Assembly: GCA_002633005.1 (NCBI GenBank)
Contig: NMRA01000626.1
Span: 172,547 to 236,546, forward strand
Origin: Phoronis australis
Lineage: Eukaryota > Animalia > Phoronida
Length of the DNA stretch: 64,000 nucleotides
Reading direction: 5' to 3'
Part shown: positions 38,801 through 53,800 of the stretch, in pieces
Position numbering within the stretch: position 1 is the stretch's first letter
Layout of the letters: the number at the start of each line of letters is the position of its first letter
The notes under the pieces: generated by a model
What the model saw: the letters and a program-made list of their open reading frames with translations, nothing else
Told to the model about the DNA's origin: nothing
The model's database searches: none
Position numbers and translations under genes: made by a program

Positions 38801-41800
38801 TGAACCATATATCACTTGAACCTGTCTTATAATCAGTGGGTGAAATAAAAGGCAGCTTTAACTGAATTATTAGTTATATTTAATATGATTGTTTAAAATT
38901 ACTGCTGCTGTACACATTTACATATAAGGCACTACCAAACTTAAGTTTTCATCAAGTACAGCAACATCAACTAAATCAATGTAAACTACCCTCTGGCTGT
39001 TTCATCTCTTTTCACAGTTATTTGTATGTTTGATTAGTTATGCAGTACAAACAAGCATCCCCTTTATGCATTACCCCTCAGAAGCAAATGATTCACCTCT
39101 TATGTTATGAATGGAAGTTTTACACACGTAGGTCATCTTTTGACCTTCAACCTTGGCATCTTTTTCCTCAATTACTTCACCATGCTGGAAAAAACATTCT
39201 CAAGTAATATGCAAGATCACATCTTGTAATCCTATTTGCCAAGATGTAGCAACCTTCACAGAAATTATGTTTTTCAAATTAAACATCAATTTTAAAGCCA
39301 CGCATGAATTACCATAAACATTCTAGATAACAATCTCAATGTTTATTAACTGGAGAGTCTCGAAATTGAGAGGTGGGCAATTAAACCAGAGATGGGCACT
39401 AAACTAGAAGATAACAAGAAATTGGGGATGGCTGCCCACCCAAATTTGGCACTTTTGCAACATAAGCCAGATCACCACTCTAGCCACTTATGATTGATGA
39501 AATTGCAGTCCACCGACTCAAACTTCAAAGAATTTGCTGCAAGATTAATTACCAATGAATGCAACGAGAAAATACATGTTGCAAAAATGCTTGCAAAAAT
39601 TCTTGGATAGACCTGCCATATAAATGTCATCAAAGTCTTCTTAGAGACAAAGTCCAAATTCTCTCTCTTTGCCCTTAGTTCAAATTCCAACAACTTAAAA
39701 ACTCCCTGATATTTGTATATAATCCTTTTTCAACAGAAACATGGACATATCCTGGCTTCTGTACACAAAAGAATCTCGTCAATATCCTTAAATCACTGTT
39801 TAATATACAATTAAGGATAAATTTCAGAATCCAACAATGTTGTTTAAAGGAATATACAAATTGAAAATATGATAATTATATTTCATCAAAGTTCCAAACC
39901 TCCAAATGTTTAGGTAACCACAGACAGGTAGATCCTTGCCAGTTTCACATGCCTATGGGGCATGCATGCACTTCAAACTTTGGGCTAACCGCTTATCATA
40001 AAACTGAACTCAAATTATAACAATCTGTAATTCACAATCAATCAGAATACAACCACCCAAAACATTAAGAACTTCATGAAATTTTACCATCATAACTGCT
40101 GTATAACAGGACATCTGAAATTATGAATAAGAGAATTCAAAGTTGCCACATTATTAGAAATTGTTTAGAAGTGGTCAAATGATGCTCTAATAGGAACATT
40201 ACAACAACAGGGGCACAAAACTATAATTACCTGGCCATAGGTCTCCTGCCTCTGCTCTCGTAAGTAGCTATGCATACTAATAGCGTGTGAAGAAGCATCG
40301 AACTTAAACAGAGAAGCCTGCAATATAGTGTCAATGACTTTTAATAAACAGGATGAAATTCCGTTATTTTGATGTGGAGCAGGTTGCAACTGCTGATCAG
40401 AATATGTCGAGCACATTCAATTAATTATCTAGCATCTCTGAAATTAATGGTTAATTTGTTTTTCTGGCCCAGGACCAGCAATCTGTTTAAATTGGAGATC
40501 TTCTTTGCTGCGCTGGACCCTCAATCCCGGTTACAACTTTAAAAAAATAACTCAAAAAATACCCTTCTTCCTCGCTCTGGTAATCACGTAAAAAATAGTG
40601 CAGGTGGTTGGATACGTGTAGGTGAGCAGGCCGCTGTGCCACACCCATCGCTTATTTACTGTTTACAAATAACGTTCTGTTTTCATTGTGTCTAGGTATA
40701 ACTAGTGAGACTTGCATGGTAAGTAATGAATCAACGAGTTATGTTCCATCTAACTGTCATCTTGGATTTAGTAAAATGGAATACTGGACAAACCTATAGC
40801 AATAACTAGTTTTCCTTGTACATAGGAAAGATACTCATCAATCATCAACACAGAATATTTAGAATTTGCAAGAATCACCTTCTTTGGTCGAGTTGCCCTC
40901 TTCTTTGAAAAATACTGAGCAATGTCTGTGCTGCCAGGGTCATCAAAGGTCAGACCACTCTGCTGGGGGTTGACCACGCTCTTCTGAATGTCAAGATAAT
41001 CACGCAACAGAATCTGGATCTAAAAAAGTGGCTAATTATTACGAGACACAAATTTAAAGTTAACTGGGAAAGAAGGCTGTAAACATTTGCTTTCACAATT
41101 ACTCAAGAAGGAATTGGATAACATATAACAGAACCCCAAATTTTAACTTTCAGTTGATGTAATCAATGGAGAGTGTGACTTAATAGTCAGAATCCAAAAC
41201 AATCAACAACTTATTTTATTCTGCAAACCAGGCCTGTATTCTATAAACCAGACCTGTATTCTGTAAACTCAATTACATTCAACCTAAACAATCAATCACT
41301 TCTGAATCAGAGCCCCCCATTTATGATAGATTAAGGTTTCGACCACTCTCTTATAACATTTGCCCTTCTCCTGCGTGATTTTGCGAGTTCCTCCGTAATA
41401 ACAAATTTCTCTCTAAAACATGGCCAACAGAACAATACCCAGAAGACCAAAAGATACTTTCTTGATCTCCATTATTTAAAAAAAAACATTATTTTTATGT
41501 GAAAGTGAAACGATCTTTCAAAGACAAAGGGCACATACCACTGCTTGGACTTTGGACCAAAATTCAGCCATTTCATATGGCTTGATGTCTTCACTACGCG
41601 AGCTGCCAACCTTTAAAACAAACAGTGAAAATTCTAATTGCTCCACAAAGTGAAGTTTTAATAAAATTAGTTGTCAAAAAAGTAATCAATGAATTCTTCA
41701 ATTGATATAACATTTGACTTTTAATCAAAGTAAAGTGTTAACAAACATTTGATTCACAAAATGCTATTACAATTATGGCTGCAGTGTAACGATTACTTAG

Positions 41801-44800
41801 CCCTAGTACACCTGACTTAAGAAAGTAAACACGAAATGTAAAAGTGCGTAAATTGAAAGATTGGAAGAGTTTTGCAAATTGGGCAGCTTCACATCAGCTG
41901 CACATTATCTCTTTGATTTTTCCAAAAGAAACTTGGAAAATGTATTCGCATGCTCCTAACTATGCTAATGTAGCAGGAACTAAACAGCAAATGAATGCTA
42001 TTTGAACATCATCTAGACTAAACAAAGTGCAGTAATGTATTCAATGAAATCTTGTACAAGAGCAACGCAGAGCGTTGAAATGCGCCCACAATTGCACCGT
42101 ATACGGTATCCTTCTAGGGTTGTTTATTGGTACCATCAAGTGGCCAGTAGAGGGCATATATGTAGTATGTTGTACTTTGCAAAATGGAAAGGCATGGTCA
42201 TTGTCTCCTCAATAGGCTAGGGACAAAATGTGAGTGATCTTCATAATACAAGCATATCCTATACATCAGTTGCTTAAAGCACCAAAAAACATAGAATTAA
42301 AAACAAATTTACCAACATACGAGATTAGCACAGCATTAGAATGCCAGAAACAAATTTCTACTTGGAACTTTTCCTTCATAGTCACGAAGTAACACAAAGT
42401 ATACACTTGAAGACCTATGAAAATACAGAGGTCAAATACTAAAATTGCCACTAGAGGCATACCGGTAGTCAGAATCATCCTAAAGTCGTCATTGTCTGTT
42501 GTCAACATCACATAAATACACTTGCTAAATTTAGTAAAGATCCTGCACACGGTTTGGGAGATACAGCCATGGGCGCAAAAAAAAACTGTCACTAGGAGGC
42601 GCCACAGTAATCAAAGTCAAGGGAAAATCATCGTCAACCGTCCTCTACATAGTAAGCACATACATGCCAATTTTCACAATCATCCTTTGAGCGGTTTGGT
42701 TGATAGAGGGGTGGACGCACAAAAACATACTTGAAAACACTAAAAATGGCCACTAGGTGACGCAAACTATGTCGAATCCATCTGAAAACGGGAGGATAGT
42801 GTCATCTCACTAATAGGTGCCTACATACCAAATTTCATGAAAATCCGTTCAGGACTTTTGAAGATACAAAGGTAAGCATAAAAAAATTAAAATTGCCACT
42901 ACGGGGCACACCGGTAGTCGGATCTGTCCAAAAGTCGTCATCTTCCGTTGTTAACATCATATAAATATACTTACGCAATTTCGTAAAGCTCCTGCAAACG
43001 GTTTAGGAGATACAGCCATAGGCGCAAAAAAAAACAAAACTGCCACTAGGAGGCACACAGGTAGTCGGATCCGTCCGAAAGTTCGCACATGCCGTCCCAT
43101 TCATGAATGGAACATATGTGCCAAATTTCACGAACGTATGTCAAAGGGTTTTGGAGATAGAGCAGCGGACGCCGGACGGACGCTGCCCGGACGGACGGAC
43201 GGACGGCATAATGCGTCCACATATAAATATGTGGGAGCATAAAAATGTGATAAAAAATTCTACAAATAGGTCACCTTTGTCCTAATGACGTACCTTGGGG
43301 GCTCACATAGCCCGCATCATGCAGTGTTATTTCCCAACACCACGCCATGATACCTACTGGATATGGTTGAGTGATTGATGATACAATCATTTTCATTACA
43401 AAACTCATTCTTTAAAGCATTTGGCAATTTTCAACCTACTTCATATTCGTATCCTCGCTATGTGTTGTGTTTCTAACTAATTTGACCGAGCATCACAGAG
43501 ATAAGGAAATACCGTGCAAGTTCCACTGACTTAAATAACTAAAATTATCATTATCACGACGGGGCAAATGTGAAGATACATTTCATGATTTTCACGTGCA
43601 GACTGTAAGTAGGATGTAACTTTCAGCTAACAAATAATATAATTGTACGTTTGCATACAGTAAGACATCACTCTAGCATGTGAAATCAGAGCACCAGAGA
43701 TCTGGTTCATGATACAGCACACATCACGAATTTTTATCCGACCGGTCGGCTATACAAGTTGTTTTTTAACCTATGCCATAGAACTGAAAATTGTATGTGT
43801 TTTCGTTTGCGAGAGTGTTCTTTTTGAATCACTGGGTTAATCATTTTTACGCTCTACATGAAAACGCAGACTACCTGGGAACTTTTCTTTAGGATTACGT
43901 GTACCGAGTTACTTCGAAGAATTTATTTTCAGAGTTTTACCCCTTGGAGTAGACCCAAAACACAAAGTATTGTGTTCTTATTCCAAAGGGCTCGGGTGGC
44001 TCTAGCCTTGGTGCGAAGCTGTTTACTAAATTAAATATAAAACTTTGCGCCGATGTGGGCAAAAAACTGACCAAATAAAATCTTCCTTGAAAGTGTCGCG
44101 TGTCACATAGGTACTCCTTTCAAAACGACGAAATACCTTCCTATGTTACAAAAGGCGGAGAATTGCGCAAGAAAATGACATTGGATATTTTTCGCTTAAA
44201 CGGCTGTAACGGGCAAGGTGAGTGTCAGATTTTGGATGCACACCTGCCTGTCTTGAGTTAATGATGAGGTGACTTGCGTAACTATCCGGGCTGTGTGCAA
44301 TTTCGAGTTCTGTCCGGGAGCTCAATACACAGTACAACCTTTCTGTATTTTGACGATAGTCTTCATACAGCTAGCTGGCTAGATAGGAATGCTCTAACTT
44401 CGAAACGATTTTTTACTCTGAAAATGACAACAAATTCCGAATGATGACGGATCATGGCTGATACTATAACCGATCACATTCTTCTGTTTTTATTGCCCCA
44501 TCATCTTAATATCTGAGTTATGTTCAAACCATTGTTTATGTTGCTCCTACAACAAACCAACGTATTAAGAAATTGTACAGAAATAAACAATAATTATCTG
44601 AGGGAAAGCGCAATATACAGCGTGATGAAGTGATGATCAAGTGCAATTATAACAGATGACTGCATATTCGTGCTACTGTTGAGCATTCCCCGGTATGAAA
44701 ACACTTGAGGTCGTAAAATATCCAGCGTTGTATTCTGATTTTTATGCAAATTTACTGTAACATTTCAAATTTCTTGGTTGTTGATACTTTTTTATGCATA

Positions 44801-47800
44801 ATGTATAAGAAGTCCAATACCTAGAGTTCGAAATTATGTTTCTGTGATATCATTTTACGTTTGATTTTACCAAGACATCAGCAATTCAACATAAAGTTTA
44901 GGTTGGTTTAATTTCACGCAATTTGTATTAATTTGTAAGTTGATTCAATTTTACCACCTTTCAATAGTTGAACAAACATTGAGAAACCGACGTCAAGACC
45001 CGCGGAGCGACCACTGGTGAACGATCAGCGAATAGTTAAATGTTTGTTTGGCCAAAATTCATCCGCTAAGTTGTAAAATGGTAATTGCCCACCAAGGACA
45101 CGCATAATATTATCCCAATTGGTCATCTATGCTAGACTACCACTTTGCCGACCCAAGTGCCAAATGCAGAGGCGACTCAGCAGACGGCTCCTAGCCGACC
45201 GTTGTTGGTCAGCTGCTGATCGGCTAGACGGCCAGTCGTCGACCAACTTCCAACCGGTTGGACAAAAATTTGTAATGTGTGCTGTATGTGACTATGGATA
45301 CTTAAGACAGAAATTGGGTCTTGCCAATAACAGCTTAGTGAGTCTATTTCTGAAAAATCATAGGATCTCACTAATTAGCAGAGAAAAAAGTCTCTGAGAA
45401 TATACCTATATCTGCCAGAAGAGATAATTTTTATAAATTACCTGAAGGTTGTGATTAGACTGTCACAGTAAACTGACAGTCAATTGCAGGGTTGAAGTCT
45501 GTATGACAATTGTTGAAATTATGACCTAGTGTTATATATATCACACTCATATTGCACATAAAAAATAACTCGCACACGTCCATCTTACAATTGCAAAGAC
45601 AAAATTATCGTCAGAAATTATACGACTAATACAACAGCATGCAAATCAAGGTACTTATTACTAGTAACTTAAAAATTCAACAATTTATTATTCACTTTTT
45701 ACTATTTATTCAGTAATTGTGAAGTGGCACACAGCCTACTCACGGCGAGTCTCTTGAGGTTACTCAACACAGTCTGGTGTGTGTCTGCAACGCAGCGGAA
45801 TTGCTGGAACACCAACTCCAACAGCTCGAGCAGGTATTTGGGCTGATCAAGGGACTCAAGCTGGGTCTCTCCTGATTGGTAGGCACTAGAACCAAGGAAT
45901 GTTTAACTTTTAAATAACATGACAGTCAAAAACCAGCGAACTTTAATGGTCTTTCAGTCACGACAGGTACTTGAAACAAAGCAAAATAAAACATTGAAAA
46001 TCAGTCAGGCACTTATCCACAGACTAAAGCATCTAATGTTGCAATACAAGTACGAAAAGATGCCTCTATAGTCCCCTGCATTGTTTCCTGTGTCTACTTG
46101 CCTGATGAGACACTGGGTCTGCTCCCATTCTGCTATTGTATCTTACTGTTTAGTTTTCATCCGGTGCATGCGATATAGGCTGGCACTGGACATGAGGTAG
46201 GAAACTAAACAGTAAGGAAAAACAGTGAGACCAGGGCTGAACCAGGAATTGTGGCAAGTGGGCTGGTAGACACTGGAACCAACCAAGAAACGAAACAGTG
46301 TGGAGCATCAGGAGGATGGACTCTAATCCAGGACTACGGATCGGTCATTACAGACAGCTAGGTACAGGACTCTAATCCAGGACTACGGATCGGTCATTAC
46401 AGACAGCTAGGTACAGGACTCTAATCCAGGACTACGGATCGGTCATTACAGACAGCTAGGTACAGGACTCTAATCCAGGACTACGGATCAGTCACTACAG
46501 ACAGCTAGGTACAAGAAAAAAAGCTAGAAATTATTTACAGAACAACGTTGAACTTGCATGATATCAAACATATAAAGTAGACCAGTCCTGTGGATAAAGC
46601 TAATCAACCTTTGCTGTAAATAAACATTTAAATCTATCCACTAGGATACATGGTCTCTGGTTACATACTTATCGGCCACCTGCTGCGAAGCTCTTCGGAC
46701 TATGGCCAGTAGCTCAGGCTGCATGCTGGCTTTTATAACCTGAAGATGGAACAAAAAAGTACAGCGTCACATTCCTGAAAACCATGACATAAATACCTAC
46801 AACAATTAATATCCTATGATAAGCAAGTATCACGGAATACACAGAAATTAAACTTTATGGCTATATGTAATTTAAGTAAGTCTCTTAGATTGGAGACTTC
46901 AGGTAAAATTTCCATAATATTGTTGACTTAAGAGTAGGTCTTAACTTAATAATAAATGAAAAAAATCATAACTTTTGACAACCCTTGGTTAACTTTTAAT
47001 TAAAACCAAGCAAACATCAATCATTAGTTGAAACCAGCACTTCACATGGAATACCTCGATGGCATCAGACACCCTCTTCAGCGTGGCTAAAGATTCAATG
47101 AGAATGGCTATGAACTTAGGTCTGTTCTCCTCGGGGTCAGTGTTGTTCAGGTCCTCAGTAACATTGGTGGACACCCCATCCGAAGAAAAGTCACCATAGC
47201 TAGAAGGCTGGTCAACTTTGATGAGATCTCCTGCAAAAGAAAAATGGTTGTCATGTTGTACAGAATTGGGAAACGAGCAAACTCGAACATGAACAGAAGG
47301 CCAACTGGTCTCTTCTTCTTCTTCCTGTTAACAACAAATGATCGTAATATCACTCCTTACATGTTGGTGCATGTTAATGATAAACTGATCTGTGCATAAC
47401 TGAAAATAACAACAACACCAAGTATGGTTAATGCCAGGATAACAATAGGTTTTATTGTTTACTGTATAAGATAGATGTTCAAGATGTGACCTGTGAACAT
47501 CTCTATTGTTTCTGATGAGATGACGAATTGTGGGAGTCTGTTCCAGTCGAAAGTAATTATCATGGTAAATAGGAAGAAAGAGTTTGCGTAGTATGCAGTG
47601 TGAATATGTGATCTCTCAAAGTTGTGAGAGTGGGAGTCACGTGGTCTAGAAATATGTAGGGGTGGAAGGCATTAGTGGGGGAATAGCAACCAGGTTACGT
47701 ACGGTCTTGTACAGGAGGGACAGTTTATTTTGAGCTCGTCTTTCTTGAAGGGTGGGCCATTTGAGAGTTGTAGGCATTGATGAGAAGTGTATCTCGAGCG

Positions 47801-50800
47801 GTCATTTAAGACAAACCTGGCTCTGCTATACGCTACAAACCTGGCTGCTCTACGCTACAAACCTGGCTGCTCTACGCTGTATTTTTCTACCATTTCAATA
47901 CTGGAATGAGTGGGGAAATCCCAGATGGAGGAGCAGTATTCGAGTTTCGGTCTAACAAGTGAGGTTTAGGTGAGGGCTTTTGTTTCTCGGGGAGCATATT
48001 TAAGATTGTGTTTATTGAAACCACGAGTTCTGTTTGCCTTAGAGGTGATTGGGTCTATGTGAGTGTTCCACGATAAATTATTGGTGAGAGTCACCCCAAA
48101 GAATGGGGCTTGATTAATGCATTTGAGCGAAACGTTGTGAACTCATTCCCGAGCTCAACGACTAATCAATTTCAGCCAAGATCTCGTTTCTTCTTTTAAG
48201 AAGCACACTAAAGGCATGTAAGCAAGGGCAAGCAATGTTTGAAATGCCATTATTTGCCAACCAATGAGCAACAAGAAACAAATCCCACATAATTTTTGCT
48301 TGTCTTGGTTGATTGCCTTGAGCTGTTAACAACACACATTTTGTGTACAAATTCATGTCAGTTGGGCGAAAATGCGGCCTGAAGCTTGCAATCAAATAAA
48401 ACAAGAGTATTGCAACGAATTAATAAGCAACCACCAGGTGCATCGGAAACACTAATGATATGAGATCGTCATTTTCAAATATTTCTACAGTAGTCAGATC
48501 CATTAAATATCAACATCAGCTTTGCTCTCATCATAAGGGAAATGTAGGTGAAATTTCACAAGGATCCATCAAAGAATGGTAGATATTACAGTAGACACAC
48601 TAGAGGGTGCCTTTAGTTAGTATAGTCACATCAGTCCAAAAGTCAGCACCAGCCATACTTAATAGAATCCATTACGTCATACTTAATGAAGAACGTTGAG
48701 ATTTTGAGGCCGATGAAAAGAAAACCCAATTGCTGAACAACACTTTAGTCAGACCCAATAAAATCAATACAACACATGCATTGTCTTACTGAAGATCCAT
48801 CAAGGAACTTGGTATGTGTCGAGAAAGGCATAAAAAGCAAAACTGCTGTGGTGCTACAGTAGCCGGAAATGTCCGAAACTCAACCGCGGCAGAGCCTGCA
48901 TTCTCAGTATGATTACACAATCAAGCTAAATTTCATAATACAGAACATTGAGGTTAACATAAAAGAAAATTGAAGATTGGTAGGAGACGCCACAATAGAT
49001 CTATTTGGAAATCAATGTTGTCAGCATGACAATCTTCTCAATATGGACACATCTGCCAACTTTCAGGATGACTCTTCAAGCAGTTTGGCGAATAGCGAGG
49101 CAGATGTCAAAATGATGCACAAAAGAATGGCCACTATCAGGTATGGAATCGGTTAAATCCATCGAAAACTGGACAGATGCCACCCTGTCCTTCATAGAAA
49201 GTTAGTTGCCAAATTTCATGAAGATCTAAGGACTTATAAGAAATAATAAACGGAGGTACGTGCAAAGAAAATCTAAACTGCCTGGCAATAGGGGATGCTA
49301 CAGTTGATGGTGCACTCAATAGGAACACAGAAACAAAATTTCACTAAGGGAGGAACAAAAAATGTCACTAGGGGGAATCACCGTATTTTAAGATACCGGT
49401 ATGTCAAACTCAGCCGTGCTCTAGTCAATTCAAATATGTCTGCCACATTTCATAATGATCCTTCCATTGGTTGTTGGTCATTACACACACCAAAAACAGG
49501 CTCGAAATATGACCAAAACCGAATCCATCCAAAATTGGGAAGGGGTCATTGACATAGCAATACAAACATTACATTAACTACATTTTGTAAAAATCTGCCA
49601 AGAAACCACACTGGTAGAGGCAAAGTCATAAAAAATAAAATTGCCACTAGAGGTCTAGCATTAGTCTGATCCACCCGAAAGTCGCTATCGATAGTCACCA
49701 GCTTCACAGAAACATGCCTCCCTAATTTTTCATAGATCCTGCAGTTTCATGAGATACAGCTGCAGCAGACGCCTGATGCAGAAAGCTGGACAACCAGACA
49801 AAGGTGACAGCAACATGCACCGAAAGCGGGGGCAGAAAAAAAACCATTCAAATAAATTTCATGGCAAAGCAACCTTCCTGGGGAGATTTTGAAAAAATGC
49901 CCGAAATAATAACAAGAATTCAATATATTCACTCTAACATATTAGTAACTATATAAGGTTAGGATGAACTGATAAAACTAACTGCTCCATAAAAAAATTT
50001 CAGGAATTAGCAGCAGTCCACATTTATTTAACAATAAAAAGCTGACACATACTTGAACCGGTCCGCTTATGTCCCCTAAGACTGGCTTCAAGCAGCAACT
50101 TCTGAGGTGTAGGTGGTGGGGGTGCATCCTTCTTCCCACGGGTAACCCGCACTGAGCCTTGTCGCTGGAATACCTTGACCACTTCACTGGTTGACCGTAC
50201 GTAGATCTGCCGGTGCAGTTCGTCCACTAGTTTCTGATAGAGCACTTCCTGTTTCGTCATCACCTGTACCTCCAGCTCCCCTAGTCCTTCAATCTCCAAC
50301 AGTTCCCCAGACAACAGATTAACTGGAAGAGAGAAACAAAACAGTCCCAAATATTTTCCAAATAATAGCTTAATGATAACATGTGTACTTCAATCCGTGA
50401 ATCTATCCAGAGAGATTATTTCACAAAGTGGCTAATCGCCCCTTCAACCAGTTCAAAGGACCTGTGGATCAGCAATCTGGCCATCCGTATTGGTTGGTTC
50501 ACTAACTTGGAATGTAATCACTACCATGACGTGGTGAAAATATTAAAAGTGTCTTTGCCGTGAAGGTAATAACAAAGATTTTAAGATCAAATTGCAATAT
50601 CTGCATTTGAATTAAACACTCCTAAGGCTGCAGCAGTAATATAAGGTAATTACTTTGATCCTTCAACTAAAGCAATTATGCTGCCATGTATGTAAATCAA
50701 ACATCATGTTCACCTTTTATTCAATGCAAACCATTTTGCCACTGGCAAAAAATGTTTTGTTGAAGAAACTAACTTTTGATTTAGACTACTTTTAGTTACA

Positions 50801-53800
50801 AAACTGGTCTAGACTAGATCCTTACTCCAACAAAAGGTGTCAGTCCTCTCCAAGCCAAGATATCAAATCTATTTTAACTGAACAGCTCGAGACCAATTTC
50901 CTAACGGTACACACATTCAAACTGCACCATGGACCTACCAGAGTTAGCAATCATTTCAGCTGCATGAAGGTAATGCTTCTTTGACAAGAATTCGTCCAGC
51001 TTGTCGGGAACATTTCTTATGTCATCTCTATTGGCAAAGAAGCAGACAAGTTCTTCAACTGCATTTATTAGCCACAATTAGTTCAATTCCAAGGCAAACT
51101 TTCAAATCAGAGGGTGTTATTCCGATATTAAGTAGATATTGAAGGTTCTTGTTAAGTTTAAACATCCCCAAAACTTTCTTTTGGGACACATCCGTTACAT
51201 GGCCACCAGACTCAAGGTACCTAAAGTACATGGTTAACGGACTCATAAACAAGACCCCTGGATGCATGAACACGACTCACGGACTTACAAACACTGTCCA
51301 CTGACTCACAAACACGGGAACAGACTCACAAAACACGATCCACGCACCCAAATACACTGGACACAGACTCATATTCCTGAGGAAACACGGTTAACGGACC
51401 GCCAAACACGGTTTATGGACAAAATGGAGATGTCACCTGACCCAGGAAGCCGATGAGTTTGTGACCCGTGTTTGGCGGTCCATTAACCGTGTTTCCTCGT
51501 GAATATGAGTCCGTGTCCCATGTATTTGGGTGCGTGATCGTGTTTTGTGAGTCCGTTCCCATGTTTGTGAGTCAGTGGATGGTGTTTGCAGGTCCGTGAG
51601 TCTTATTCATGCGTCCGTGCCCGTGTTTATAAGTCCGTTGACCATGTAGTTTAGGTACCTTGAGACTTGAGTAATTTCAATTACTAACACCAGTCCTTGG
51701 CCACTAAATGGCAAAATGTTAATGTTTCTCGATCCTGGATTCCTGGTTATCTAGGACATCTAGGGGGATATTTGCAGCCCACGTTTGTGAACTGAGCAAT
51801 ATTGGCATTCTAAATGAATCTTACAGCTGCAGAACTATTCACTTTGTCATAAATCAGGCTTAGCTGAATAAGAATTGTGTAGTTTTGATTGCTATCGACT
51901 ATTATTTTTATAAGAGCTTTTGAACAGGTCCCCAAATTATCCACAAAATCTCTCTAAAATGTTTCATAGATACCATTTCAATCACATGACCACCTCCAAT
52001 ACACAAACAGATCCACAACCGAACGACAAAAAGTGCAATAACATCGTACAGTACAATTGATTTGAATGCATAGCAAGAACAATAAGGTCCTAGCATGTTA
52101 CATGGCCACCAGACTCAAGGTACCTTAAGTACACGGTTAACAGACTCATAAACAAGACCCACAGATGCGTGACCACAACTCACGGACTTGCAAACACCGT
52201 CCAGTGACTCACAAACACGGGAACGGACTCACAAAACACCATCCACGCACCCAAATACACCGGACACGGACTCATATTCCCGAGGAAACGCGGTTAACGG
52301 ACCGCCAAACACGGTTTACGGACAAAATGGAGATGTCACCTGACCCAGGAAGCCGATGAGTCCGTGACCCCTGTTTGGCGGTCCATTAACAGTGTTTCCT
52401 CGTGAACATGAGTCCGTGTCCCATGTATTTGGATGCGTGATCGTGTTTTGTGAACCCGTTCCCATGTTTGTGAGTCAGTGGATGGTGTTTGCAAGTCCGT
52501 GAGTCTTGTTCATGCATCCGTGCCCGTGTTTATAAGTCCGTTGACCGTGTAGTTTAGGTACCTTGAGACTTGAGTACTTTCAATCACTAACACCAGTCCT
52601 TGGCCACTACATGGGAAAATGTTAATGTTTCTCGATCCTGGATTCCTGGTTATCTAGGACATCTAGGGGGATATTTGCAGCCCACGTTTGTGAACTGAGC
52701 AATATTGGCATTCTAAATGAAACTTACAGCTGCAGAACTATTCACTTTGTCATAAATCAGGCGTAGCTGAATAAGAATTGTGTAGTTTTGATTGCTATCG
52801 ACTATTATTTTTATTATCAGAGGTGTATATTTCAAGCTTTTGAACAGGTCCCCAAATTATCCACAAAATCTCTCTAAAATGTTTCATAGATACCATTTCA
52901 ACCACATGACCACCTCCAATACACAAGCAGATCCACAACCGAACGACAAAAAGTGCAATAACATCGTACAGTAATCAATGTATGGCAAGAACAATAAGGT
53001 CCTAGCATGGTGAACACTGCCTACGCTTGATTGACCTTGCCAGTTCTGCTGCATAAGCCAAAAGTCATCATCAAGAACCAATCACGTCGTAGCTGGTTGA
53101 GATGTTGGAGATGTGTCAGCATTTAGGCGATTATGAAATTTTATGCATCACAAATTCCAGGAACAACTTATGTCTTACTAACATTTTATCCAACAAGCCC
53201 AATATGTGTCTCTGCTCCAAGCCTTCAATCCAAAGTCGCTTCAGTTCGTCACGCTTACAGTGTAACAGACCCTTGCATGAGTTCAAATTCTCGACAGTTC
53301 GACGAATTCGTTCGCGTGAGTCTGAAAAAGAAAGTTGCAAAATGGCAAGTGAAAATGACATTCACAACCAAGGCCGCTTTCATGTTCACAAAAATCACGT
53401 CTGAAAACTTCCACACCATCTTAGATAACTACAAGCCAAGGCTAAAACAGAACAACAATTGGGCTCTGGTCTTTGTTATTTTTTTGAATTGATGAGGTGG
53501 TGTGGACCTTTTTAGTGGCTCATTCTTTAAAAAAATCCCCTTGGAAATGATAGGAGACTTTTACTCATTTGACAACTCTAACCAGTTTTGGGGGTGGTTT
53601 GTTGGCATTCATGCCAGAGCTCAAAAGGACACCTTTTTCATCGCCCTTGGAAACAATAACCATGGAAATGATGGCATTATTCAATCCACTAACCACATGG
53701 CAATCAAAAATGTAATTTTGAACAACAGATTAATATGTTACCGTTGGAACAGTGTTTGGTGTCTATTATTACAAACAATATGCACTTAACAAGTACTGTT

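Larger units (their letters stand above)
51194..53008. repeat. Tandem duplication of a ~0.9-kb intronic segment (51194-52096 and 52097-53008)
   Basis: Both copies start GTTACATGGCCACCAGACTCAAGG and end AATAAGGTCCTAGCAT. Confidence 0.92.

Noticed and set aside
53173-53182. Alternative stronger donor GTAAGA 4 nt from the in-frame donor GTTAGT
   Set aside because: Its use shifts the frame; overlapping GT at +5 is common in donor consensus and there is no evidence of use
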